64,000 nt of DNA, taken from the NCBI GenBank assembly GCA_021785255.1, contig JAJYGA010000009.1:11397-75396 (forward strand), written 5' to 3'. A program made the translations under genes and the position numbers. The notes under the pieces are model-generated. The model had not been told where the DNA came from. It saw only the letters and a list, made by a program, of their open reading frames with translations, and ran no database searches. This DNA comes from Actinomycetes bacterium (GTDB lineage: Bacteria; Actinomycetota; Acidimicrobiia; Acidimicrobiales; Acidimicrobiaceae). This document shows, piece by piece, positions 35,574 to 44,253 of this stretch (position 1 is the stretch's first letter; every line of letters starts with the position of its first letter).

Positions 35574-36110
35574 TCATTCCTTTGTTGGGTGATCTGTAGA
35601 GTTTGCTGATACTGTCGTGAGTAACCTTTCTAGACGATCGAGCCGCTCACTTAGCGACTCTTGTAGCTTGGCAATGGTGGTGTCTTGGGAGGTGAGGTGG
35701 GTGTCGATGATCTGTGATTCGTGAAGAAGGGCTTCGGCGTCCTGATACGTCTGGTTTGCCCTCTTGTCAGCTGCCTTGGCTTGAACGTCTTGGCCAACCA
35801 TGATTATAGATAGCAGGACGAGCTGTAAGAAGGTTTGAGCAACCCAAGCGACGATGGCCTGAATCCCCGAGCGTAAGGCAGATGGCAGGCTGAGAAGATC
35901 AAACGCGGCGAAAAGATATGCACACCACATGGATCCGACGGCTTTCGTGATCCTTACGGCTAGCCATGCGTTGAACCTGTTAGCGGTGTTGTCTCGTGGA
36001 AGCTGGTCAAAGACCCGTATAGGTTTTTCTAACTTGCGCAACTCGAGCCACGGATGATGCTGTAATGGATCCGACGGCGAGTCATGCGATGAGACAGTTG
36101 ATGTCGTCAC
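35574..36110 (-). CDS. DUF1003-like membrane protein
   Basis: Two TM helices (GSMWCAYLFAAFDLLSL; TFLQLVLLSIIMV) are followed by QDVQAKAADKRA... and a coiled C-terminus, as in DUF1003 proteins. Confidence 0.6.
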   Translation of the reverse strand: MTTSTVSSHDSPSDPLQHHPWLELRKLEKPIRVFDQLPRDNTANRFNAWLAVRITKAVGSMWCAYLFAAFDLLSLPSALRSGIQAIVAWVAQTFLQLVLLSIIMVGQDVQAKAADKRANQTYQDAEALLHESQIIDTHLTSQDTTIAKLQESLSERLDRLERLLTTVSANSTDHPTKE

Positions 36111-36285
36111 TTGAACCTCTCTATCTTTTTAGTATTTCCTTACATTTCACGCTAGCTTTGTTGACCATAGTGTCCGCTCTGGTGGAGTTTTCCTAATGTC
36201 AAGGTCTGATGATTTCTCACATTGCGGTAGGGTAATTATCAGATCTGTTGCATGTTCTCTCTTTAATCGATTGGGATGGGTTTAG

Positions 36286-37527
36286 TTGAGGTTATTTAAA
36301 GATGATCTGTCTTGGTCACTTCCGAAGGAGATGACCAATGAGGAGTACATCAAGTACTTAGAGGGGTTGTTTGGCGAAATATCGCCGCCTAGCGCTTCTT
36401 TGGAGGATTGGCGATATGGGGAAGTAGACGAGCTTGATCTGCGTGATTTTAGATGTGTAAATCCACAGTTTCAACTTGAAGAGGATCTTCTTCAAGACTG
36501 GATGACCGAGTGGTCTTCAAGAGGGTCCAACAACTTCGTCAACTTTGCAGCTATCGCTGACTTCAAAACGGTTGTTTTTCGGGGGTTTCAGAACAACGCA
36601 AGACTTTCCATTGAACCAAGGGATCTTTATGAGCCCTTGGTTGTAGAACTGTCTGAACCTTTTGAAACGTTGTCCAAGGCACTATCTCCAAAGACGATCT
36701 CTTTGGAGATAGGTGAGTTTGATCGTGCGACACCAGCGTTCATTGCGTTGTTGGGTCCTTCTGACGTTTCAGCTGTTGTTACGCGCGACCTTGAAGTGGT
36801 AGTTCCTGATGGGAAACGAGCCAGCGTCGTTATAGTTCGCGAAGGAGGATCACGCGGTGACCTTTACCTTGATGGTATCAGGGCGACGGTGGGGAAGGAT
36901 TCGACACTGGAACTTCTCATCCTTCAGAACCTAAACGAATACGTTTGGGACATCACTTCATACACTTCAAACGTTGCAAGTGGTGGAAGTCTTTCTTCTC
37001 TGACGGTATCGCTCGGATCCAATTACTCTAGATTGAGAACCAGTTGCAATCTTCTTGAAAGGGCTGCTCAAGCTAGACTAAAGGCAGCATACATTGCTGG
37101 TGGAGATCAAACCATGGAGTTTCGAACCTTTCAAAACCACATGGCTCCCAATACCAGTTCAGACTTGCTTTATAAAGGGGCCGTGGCGGGGAGTTCTCAC
37201 TCCATCTACTCAGGACTCATAAAGATTCAAAAAGGAGCACGCGGATCCAACGCCTTTCAGACAAATCGCAATATCGTCCTAAGCGAGCGTTCTCGTGCTG
37301 ACTCGGTTCCCAACTTAGATATTGAAGAAAGTGACGTCAAGTGTTCCCATGCATCTGCAGTGGGGCCGGTAGATCCCGAGCAACGATTTTACCTCGAATC
37401 AAAGGGAATCAAAACAGAGGTCGCTGAAAAGATGATTGTGAGCGGATTCTTTAGAGATCTTTTTGGAAGTCATTCATCTATTGATCTTTCTAGTTTGGCA
37501 TTAAAAGCACTGGAGAAAAAGTGGTAG
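36286..37527 (+). CDS. sufD: Fe-S cluster assembly protein SufD
   Basis: The C-terminal beta-helix blocks FQTNRNIVLSERSRADSVPNLDIEESDVKCSHASAVGPVDPEQRFYLESKGI are characteristic of SufD. TTG start. Confidence 0.85.
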   Translation: MRLFKDDLSWSLPKEMTNEEYIKYLEGLFGEISPPSASLEDWRYGEVDELDLRDFRCVNPQFQLEEDLLQDWMTEWSSRGSNNFVNFAAIADFKTVVFRGFQNNARLSIEPRDLYEPLVVELSEPFETLSKALSPKTISLEIGEFDRATPAFIALLGPSDVSAVVTRDLEVVVPDGKRASVVIVREGGSRGDLYLDGIRATVGKDSTLELLILQNLNEYVWDITSYTSNVASGGSLSSLTVSLGSNYSRLRTSCNLLERAAQARLKAAYIAGGDQTMEFRTFQNHMAPNTSSDLLYKGAVAGSSHSIYSGLIKIQKGARGSNAFQTNRNIVLSERSRADSVPNLDIEESDVKCSHASAVGPVDPEQRFYLESKGIKTEVAEKMIVSGFFRDLFGSHSSIDLSSLALKALEKKW

Positions 37528-37547
37528 GGAGACACGAAAGTAACGAA

Positions 37548-37862
37548 ATGATCTTCATATGCAAGACGGATGAGATGAAAAGCGGTGAGGCGCGTCAATT
37601 TCAAGTTGGATCCATGAAAGTCGCTGTCGTTCGCATAGATGAAGACTTTTACGCTATTGGTGATACGTGCTCGCATGCCAAGTACTCGCTTTCCGAAGGC
37701 GAAGTATACCTAGAGGAAAAGGAGATCGAGTGTTGGAAGCACGGAAGCACGTTCTCCTTGCTTGACGGAAAACCTCAATGCTTGCCAGCAACCAAGCCAG
37801 TTCCTGTTTTTGAAGTTGTCGTAGACGGAAACGATGTATACGTCAGATTGGAGCATCGATGA
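37548..37862 (+). CDS. Rieske [2Fe-2S] ferredoxin-type protein embedded in the suf block
   Basis: CSHAKYSL ... CWKHGSTF gives CxH...CxxH. The ORF opens at GTG 37521, but ATG 37548 is more likely. The stop overlaps the next start (ATGA). Confidence 0.88.
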   Translation: MIFICKTDEMKSGEARQFQVGSMKVAVVRIDEDFYAIGDTCSHAKYSLSEGEVYLEEKEIECWKHGSTFSLLDGKPQCLPATKPVPVFEVVVDGNDVYVRLEHR

Positions 37863-38632
37863 CGAGTAATCTCGTAGAACCAGTTCTAGAGATAAAAGAC
37901 CTCCATGTATCAGCAGGGGATAGGGAAATCCTAAAGGGCATCTCTCTAAAGGTGGCAAAGGGTGAGAAGATTGCGATTATGGGACCTAATGGTTCTGGTA
38001 AGAGTACGCTCTCAAGTGCTATTTTGGGCAAGCCGGGATATGAAGTGACTAATGGAGAAATAAGGTTTTTTGGTCACGATATAACGGTACTTCCTACTTA
38101 TGAGAGAGCTCGGTTGGGACTCGCCCTTGTTTCACAGTATCCACAGGAAGTTGAGGGGGTAAACCTCTACGATCTTGTCGATTCTGCTTTAAAGGCTCGA
38201 GAGATGACGGAGGAGGATCTTTTTCGGAGACTTCGTGAGGAGGCTGAAGAAATTGGTTTTGCCACGTCTTTGCTTGATAGATGGGTTAACGTCGATCTTT
38301 CTGGCGGAGAGAAAAAGAGACTTGAGACACTTCTGTTGGCTTTGGTGCCATCGAAATTGGCCGTTTTAGATGAGATAGACTCTGGCCTAGATATCGATGC
38401 TTTGCGCCAAGTGTCTCATCGTATTGACGCTCTAAGTGCCGATACGTCAATGGCTGTAATTGCAATTACGCACTACTCAAGACTTCTAAAAGTGCTTACC
38501 GTAGATAGAGTGTTAGTCTTGGCACACGGTGAGTTTGTAGCTGAAGGTGGCCCTGAACTTGCTGAGGAGCTTGAGCACACGGGATACAAAGAGTACGCGT
38601 CTCAAGAGGTGGAGGAGTCGTTCCCCTTTTAA
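37859..38632 (+). CDS. sufC: SufC-like ABC ATPase (divergent paralogue)
   Basis: GPNGSGKSTL, GEIRFFGHDI, LSGGEKKRLE, AVLDEIDSGLDIDAL and ITHYSRLL are present. It is clearly more divergent than the copy at 49464-50213. Confidence 0.85.
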   Translation: MTSNLVEPVLEIKDLHVSAGDREILKGISLKVAKGEKIAIMGPNGSGKSTLSSAILGKPGYEVTNGEIRFFGHDITVLPTYERARLGLALVSQYPQEVEGVNLYDLVDSALKAREMTEEDLFRRLREEAEEIGFATSLLDRWVNVDLSGGEKKRLETLLLALVPSKLAVLDEIDSGLDIDALRQVSHRIDALSADTSMAVIAITHYSRLLKVLTVDRVLVLAHGEFVAEGGPELAEELEHTGYKEYASQEVEESFPF

Positions 38633-38745
38633 TATTTAAGTCTGATTGCAGGTTTATTTGTGACTTTTGTCACCGTTGTGCTAGAGTGATGGTGGTGGCG
38701 AAAGCCGTAAAGTTTCGGAGGGGAGGCTGCAAAGCAGCCAAATTG

Positions 38746-38772
38746 TTAGGGACCGACTATGTCGGTCCCTAA
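38746..38772. terminator. Perfect 12-bp-stem hairpin between convergent genes (candidate bidirectional terminator)
   Basis: ttagggaccgac-tat-gtcggtccctaa. It is preceded by a 6-bp hairpin, ggctgc-aaa-gcagcc, at about 38726-38740. The flanking U-tracts are weak. Confidence 0.5.
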
Positions 38773-38911
38773 AGTATTCATACGCCTGTCGCAGATAGTC
38801 AACTGCGTAAAGTCCTCTGCAACGAACGATCATGTTAATGTGAACCGGGCGTAAGGTAGCTAAGTCTCCACCAAGTGCAGTAATAAGCAGGCCGCCCAAG
38901 ACACGACTTTT

Positions 38912-40075
38912 CTACGAAAGAGAAGCGAGTATCTCCGATTTGGTCCACTCTAGTGCTTCACTATTATTGAAAAGCGCAGCTCCTGTTATCTTTTCCGACG
39001 AATGAAAAGTAACTAGCAAGTGGTCTTTTTGATGTATCACTTCGTCTTTGGAGTCTTCCATTCGGACTCCAACGGTCTGGATTAACTGGCCATGCTGTTC
39101 GGTCCAGGCGAACGGAAGTTCGTAGTCGATACTAGGAGCTCCGGTTATGCTTCTTGCAACTTGCATTGCCTGATTGACGGTTGACTCAAAGTGCTCAACG
39201 TGAAGGTGCTGCTGATAGATAGGGTCAAACCAACTAGAAGCATCTCCTACTACATAGAGATCGTCGGTGTCAAGAACTCTTCCTGTTTTATCGGCCATGA
39301 GAGCGCCAACAGCGTCAAAGTGAAGTGAATCGGAGTCCTTTAACCATTGAGTGGCTGGCCTTACTCCAATGCCAATGACCACGACGTCGAAGGCGAATTG
39401 TTGTGAAGGTGTTTCTATCGAAACAAAATCTTCATTTTGAGAGTCAACTATAGAGACTGAAGTGCCAAAGATGGTTTCTACACCGTTGGACTCGTGGAGT
39501 TCTTTCAGGGCCTGAGCCAGATATGGACCTATGGCTTTGCTCATCGGTTGTTCGTCAGAGTCGAACAGAACTACTCGACTTACCTGGTGAGATAGAGACG
39601 ATGCAACCTCTGAGCCTATGAATCCGGCACCTACAACACCAATTCGAACCTCATTGGAAAGCTGATCTCGTAGTCGTAGTGCGTCGTCGATGGTTCTCAG
39701 ATAGATGACTCTGTCAGAAGGAGCTGCAGTTGTAATGGTGACTGGTTTCGCTCCAGTTGCTACGATTGCCAGGTCATAGCTGATCTCCTTGCCATCGCTA
39801 AGTTGTATCTTTTTTGCGTGAGAATCGAGAGCAGTGGCGGTCAGGCCCAGTTGTTGTGAAAAAGGTTCCGCCACACTTCCTCGCAAAAAGCATCGCTCAA
39901 GAGGAAAAGTCTTTTTGATGAGTTGTTTCGATAGAGGTGGCCGTTGGTAAGGAGAGAAGGATTCTTCTCCTATTAAAGTTATCTCACCACTAAAACCTAC
40001 TCGCCGTAACTCCCGAGCGCTTCGAAAACCTCCGAGGGAGGCCCCGATGATTACGCACCGTTTTGGCATGGTCAA
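38912..40075 (-). CDS. FAD-dependent ferredoxin reductase (pyridine nucleotide-disulfide oxidoreductase family)
   Basis: Two Rossmann motifs (VIIGASLGG, VVGAGFIGSEVA) and YVVGD. The size and layout match putidaredoxin/rubredoxin-reductase-type enzymes. Confidence 0.85.
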   Translation of the reverse strand: MTMPKRCVIIGASLGGFRSARELRRVGFSGEITLIGEESFSPYQRPPLSKQLIKKTFPLERCFLRGSVAEPFSQQLGLTATALDSHAKKIQLSDGKEISYDLAIVATGAKPVTITTAAPSDRVIYLRTIDDALRLRDQLSNEVRIGVVGAGFIGSEVASSLSHQVSRVVLFDSDEQPMSKAIGPYLAQALKELHESNGVETIFGTSVSIVDSQNEDFVSIETPSQQFAFDVVVIGIGVRPATQWLKDSDSLHFDAVGALMADKTGRVLDTDDLYVVGDASSWFDPIYQQHLHVEHFESTVNQAMQVARSITGAPSIDYELPFAWTEQHGQLIQTVGVRMEDSKDEVIHQKDHLLVTFHSSEKITGAALFNNSEALEWTKSEILASLS

Positions 40076-40087
40076 TCTGTGCTTTAA

Positions 40088-40285
40088 TTAACTTCTCGAG
40101 ACGATCTTGATTGCTTGGGTTGGACAGCTAGCCGCTGCCTGTTCTACGAGTGGTTGCAATGAATCTTCCGGAGATTCGTCAAGCACATAGAGATAGCCGT
40201 CATCTCTTACTTCAAAGACAGAAGGCGCTATTTGCATGCAGACCGCATTAGATTGGCACTTGTCGAAATCAACCTCGATTTTCAT
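40088..40285 (-). CDS. Small single-cluster ferredoxin
   Basis: 65 aa. C-x5-C (CQSNAVC) ... CP (ASCPTQAI) is typical of 3Fe-4S/4Fe-4S actinobacterial ferredoxins. It lies 12 nt upstream of the reductase gene. Confidence 0.85.
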   Translation of the reverse strand: MKIEVDFDKCQSNAVCMQIAPSVFEVRDDGYLYVLDESPEDSLQPLVEQAAASCPTQAIKIVSRS

Positions 40286-40416
40286 GGCTCTCCTCTCTTT
40301 CTGCTTTTTCTACCCTAGTTGCGCTAGTTCATAAGATGCTCATAGTTGCAACTATGGAACGTCTCAGGAACGTAGGATAGCGTTTGAAACGAGCTGACCA
40401 GTAAGGAGTTTCTTAC

Positions 40417-41130
40417 GTGAGGGTATTAGTTGTTGACGACGAGGTAAGTCTAGGTGAAGCTCTAAAGCGTGGACTTAGTGCCGAAGGTTTTGCTGTTGAC
40501 TTGGCTCGCGATGGTTTAGAGGGTCTGAGAATGGCCAAAGAAACATCTTATGACATAATTGTGCTTGATATCATGTTGCCCGGCATGAACGGATTCAAGT
40601 TGACAGACACTTTGCGTAAAGAGGAGGTCTGGACCCCGATCCTCATGCTTACCGCAAAAGACGGAGAGCTGGACGAAGCTGAAGCGTTAGATACAGGAGC
40701 AGATGACTTTTTGAAGAAGCCGTTCTCCTTTACGGTTCTCTTGGCGAGAATCAGAGCACTGCTGCGTAGGGGTATCGAAAGCCGTCCACCGGTACTTTGC
40801 GCAGGAGAACTTACTTTGGATCCAGCGAGTCATATCGTAAAGCGTGCAGACACTGAGATCGAACTTACCTCGCGAGAGTTTTCATTCTTGGAACTGCTGC
40901 TCAGGTCAAAAGGTCGCGTTCTGACGAAGCGAGAGATAATCGAACATGTCTGGGATTACGACTTTGAAGGAGACTCCAACATTGTGGAGGTCTACATTGG
41001 ATATCTTCGACGCAAGATTGACCTTCCATTTGGTACGAAGTCCATAAAGACGGTGCGAGGAGTAGGTTATCTCCTTGAGGAGTCTGGAGGCATCTGTGCG
41101 GAAGAACCGGTAGCAACAAAGGTTGGTTAA
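40417..41130 (+). CDS. OmpR/PhoB-family response regulator
   Basis: VLVVDDE, DIIVLDIMLPGMNG, LTAKD, KPF; winged helix LTSREFSFLELL, IKTVRGVGY. Confidence 0.92.
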   Translation: MRVLVVDDEVSLGEALKRGLSAEGFAVDLARDGLEGLRMAKETSYDIIVLDIMLPGMNGFKLTDTLRKEEVWTPILMLTAKDGELDEAEALDTGADDFLKKPFSFTVLLARIRALLRRGIESRPPVLCAGELTLDPASHIVKRADTEIELTSREFSFLELLLRSKGRVLTKREIIEHVWDYDFEGDSNIVEVYIGYLRRKIDLPFGTKSIKTVRGVGYLLEESGGICAEEPVATKVG

Positions 41131-41187
41131 GATTATTTCTTACCTAGAGTAAGATAACTACGGGGTTATTGGCACTTTAACGGATCG

Positions 41188-42759
41188 GTGAGAGAGTTTC
41201 AAGGTTATAACCGTCGTACGGAGAGAAACTATAGGACCAAGCGTAAGTGGTCTGTCCGAGGGCGTACCACAATGGTGGCGTCGTTAGTCGTCGGGTCAGC
41301 TCTTGCACTTGGATCAATAATAATGGTTGAACTGCTACGAAGTGAACTCACGGCCAATGTGGTTGAGACCGCCAAAAACGAGTCGGTAAATATAGTGTCA
41401 CTAGTACAAGGTGGGGAACTACCTAATCCGATACCTATACCTAGAGGGGACTTAGCAGCTCAAGTTATTGCACCAAACGGCAAGGTCATAGCGTATACTC
41501 CGAATTTAGCTGGGGTGAAAGTACAGTATAAGTTTTCCGCTATGAAGGGTACGGCTCAGACAGTCGTTCATCAATCTAATAACTCTATTGTCCAAGTGGG
41601 AGATCATGACCACAACTACATACTGGTAGCTAATCGTGTCAATGTTGCTGTTCCTGTGGAGACGCAAGCGGCAAAGACATACCAAGTGTTGACTTCCAAA
41701 GGTAAGAAGAAGAGCCAGGTTGTCTTTGGCAGTACCGCGCCGGGAGACTACTACGTCTATGTTTGGGCTTCACTTCAGTCCGTAGATCAATCGGTCAGAA
41801 CGTTGTTTCTCATACTTTTAGCTGGTTTTCCTCTGCTGATTGCAGTTGTAGTCATAGCTACTTGGCTTACCTCAAAGAAGGCATTCGAGGCAGTGGAACG
41901 GATAAGGGTTGATGTCGATGAGATATCTGAGACGAATCTATCTCGGCGAGTCTATGAACCTGATCAGGGCGACGAGATAGCACGCCTTGCTCATACCATG
42001 AACCAGATGCTGGAACGGCTCCAAATCTCGACGGAAGAACGGAAACGATTCGTAGCTGATGCATCGCATGAACTGAAAAGTCCTTTGTCAGCTCTGAGGA
42101 CCTCGTTAGAGATTGCACTGCGTCACCCTGGGGAGGTCGACTGGCAATCGACCGCTAAAACTGGTATTGCGGAGAGCCAAAGAATGCAGCATATCATTGA
42201 GGATCTACTGCTTCTTGCCAAAGCCGATGCGGGACAACTAATTGATAGCTTTCGCACAGTGGATATTGATGATCTAGCTGCGGAAGAGTGCCAGAGACTC
42301 AAGGTCCTTACCGACATACGCTTTGATCTTACTGATATGTCGGCCGGACGAATTCAAGGAGATCCTGAGCGAATCCGTTCGGTAGTGAGGAACTTGCTAG
42401 AAAATGCAGTTCGGCATGCGAACTCTATGGTATGGGTATCACTGCGAACCGTGGATGGCCATGTCGTACTTCAGGTGGCAGACGACGGAAAAGGTGTTAG
42501 CGAGTTAGATAAGGAAAGAATTTTTGATCGCTTTACCAGGTTAGACGAATCCAGAAGTCGAGACCAAGGCGGGTCTGGACTCGGACTAGCTATAGTGCGG
42601 TCAATTGTTCTAGCTCATGGAGGCAAAATATCTGTCTCTACAAATGAACGCTGTGGCCATGGGGCACAATTCACAGCTGTTTTTGAGGCTGATTCCTGTA
42701 GTGTATTGGAGTCGGATGCGTTTCCGTTCCCATCGATGGACGTTAACAGCTCGCCGTAA
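41188..42759 (+). CDS. Sensor histidine kinase (HAMP-HisKA-HATPase)
   Basis: H-box ADASHELKSPLSAL, NLLENAVRHA, DDGKGV, GGSGLGLAIV. The start is uncertain (GTG 41188 or the downstream ATG). Confidence 0.9.
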   Translation: MREFQGYNRRTERNYRTKRKWSVRGRTTMVASLVVGSALALGSIIMVELLRSELTANVVETAKNESVNIVSLVQGGELPNPIPIPRGDLAAQVIAPNGKVIAYTPNLAGVKVQYKFSAMKGTAQTVVHQSNNSIVQVGDHDHNYILVANRVNVAVPVETQAAKTYQVLTSKGKKKSQVVFGSTAPGDYYVYVWASLQSVDQSVRTLFLILLAGFPLLIAVVVIATWLTSKKAFEAVERIRVDVDEISETNLSRRVYEPDQGDEIARLAHTMNQMLERLQISTEERKRFVADASHELKSPLSALRTSLEIALRHPGEVDWQSTAKTGIAESQRMQHIIEDLLLLAKADAGQLIDSFRTVDIDDLAAEECQRLKVLTDIRFDLTDMSAGRIQGDPERIRSVVRNLLENAVRHANSMVWVSLRTVDGHVVLQVADDGKGVSELDKERIFDRFTRLDESRSRDQGGSGLGLAIVRSIVLAHGGKISVSTNERCGHGAQFTAVFEADSCSVLESDAFPFPSMDVNSSP

Positions 42760-42785
42760 ACGATTGATTTATCTGGAGAGATCTT

Positions 42786-43976
42786 TTGCGAACACGAAAA
42801 AGACGTCGGCCAACCAAGAGAACCTTTTGGTTACGCCGTTCTATAGTTGGTAGCTTGACACTTTTTATACTTGTGACCGGCTACTCTTACGTCAATGCCC
42901 TGACAGCTCCTGGAGGAGCTGGATTTGGTGTAACTACTGTTGAATGGGTTCGAGGCCACGGAGGGGCAAGTTTTGTCCGGACGTTGGAGAACACGTGGTA
43001 CACATTAAATGCACCAAAAGTGGGAGGGAAACCCCCTAAAGGAGCGTTCATACCCAAGGGGAAGGCCAAAATAGCTAGTGCTTCTGAGCTATCAACCACG
43101 CCGCATCTTCCACCTCCAGCACCTATTACCCCATTAGCTTTTCCTTCTCTTCCGAACGAGGGGAAATGGACTCCAGAGGGTCTTACTGTAAGTGGATATC
43201 CGAGCATGTATGTAACGCTTTTAAGGCCGGATCCGATACACACATCGCTGATTGCTGGAATAGCTTGGATGGATCCTCACCTTGTTAACTTTACTCAGTT
43301 CGCTGGCTATCAACAACCACCGTCAGGCGGCCCATGGCCCTATAGTTCTCCTATTCCAAAATCAATGCAGTCTAATCTTATAGCGGCGTTCAACTCTGGT
43401 TTTCGCATGCAAGACGCCCATGGAGGATACTATGCATACGGCAAGTTCGGAGTTCCTCTTGCAAACAATGCAGCTTCTTTTATTATCTATAAAAACGGTT
43501 CCGCCAATATTGTAGCCTGGCACGGTGGACAGAAAATTCCGAAAAACGTTGATGTGGTGCGCCAGAATCTCACCCTTTTGGTAAACAACGGAAAGATAAA
43601 CCCCGCGGTATACGACAACAACTACGCTATCTGGGGTCAAACAGTAGGAAATACAGTCCTGGTTTGGCGTTCTGGGGTGGGTATAACAAAAAATGGTGCA
43701 ATAGTTTACGTAGCTGGACCAGGTCTGTCGGTACAGTCGCTTGCGAATTTATTGCTCAAAGCTGGAGCGGTTAGGGCAATGGAGTTTGATATCAATACAG
43801 ACTGGGTTAACTTTTTCTACTTCAATCAAACGCCGGGAACATTGGCGTCTCCAGCCAACGGTTCTCAGCTAGTCGGAGGAATGTTGAGGCCTGTTAGTAG
43901 ATACTTTGGGGTCACTGGCCGTGACTTCGTAGGAGTGTTTGCCAGGCAGAAGGCCGTCCCACTCACGGGTAGTTAA
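42786..43976 (+). CDS. Membrane-anchored exported protein, possibly of the phosphodiester glycosidase (DUF2233/NAGPA-like) family
   Basis: A basic N-terminus plus TM helix (SIVGSLTLFILVTG). AAFNSGFRM...GGYYAYG and the C-terminal LLLKAGAVRAMEFDINTDW resemble the family's FN.GF and Ga..Al.LDgG blocks. Confidence 0.45.
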   Translation: MRTRKRRRPTKRTFWLRRSIVGSLTLFILVTGYSYVNALTAPGGAGFGVTTVEWVRGHGGASFVRTLENTWYTLNAPKVGGKPPKGAFIPKGKAKIASASELSTTPHLPPPAPITPLAFPSLPNEGKWTPEGLTVSGYPSMYVTLLRPDPIHTSLIAGIAWMDPHLVNFTQFAGYQQPPSGGPWPYSSPIPKSMQSNLIAAFNSGFRMQDAHGGYYAYGKFGVPLANNAASFIIYKNGSANIVAWHGGQKIPKNVDVVRQNLTLLVNNGKINPAVYDNNYAIWGQTVGNTVLVWRSGVGITKNGAIVYVAGPGLSVQSLANLLLKAGAVRAMEFDINTDWVNFFYFNQTPGTLASPANGSQLVGGMLRPVSRYFGVTGRDFVGVFARQKAVPLTGS

Positions 43977-44231
43977 AATCGATTCTTTGCAGAAAAGTCC
44001 TCAGCACAACCTAGAGAGTTCCTCCAAATACTTGGCTGTTCTGGTTTACATGCATTAAAGATAACATAACAATATTTTCCTTGATGATAATCGGTACGCT
44101 GGTGTCAGATTAGTAATAGACGTCTTTAAAATGCAGGGGTGAACTTAGGACCAGAGGCCCTGACGTTGCTGACAAGGATTTCGTTTCAACGGTTGCAAGA
44201 AACAGAGAAATAACTCGAAACAATATATAAG

Positions 44232-44252
44232 GTAACCCTATCTTTGGGTTAC
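44232..44252 (-). terminator. Hairpin 2 nt after the helicase stop codon
   Basis: gtaaccc-tatcttt-gggttac (7-bp stem). On the minus strand it is followed by a moderately T-rich stretch, cttatatattgtttcg. Confidence 0.45.
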
Positions 44253-44253
44253 A

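Noticed and set aside
38681-38899. 72-aa minus-strand ORF in the convergent spacer
   Set aside because: It has no SD and runs through the palindromic hairpins. Its composition is unremarkable and it has no motif, so it is most likely non-coding.
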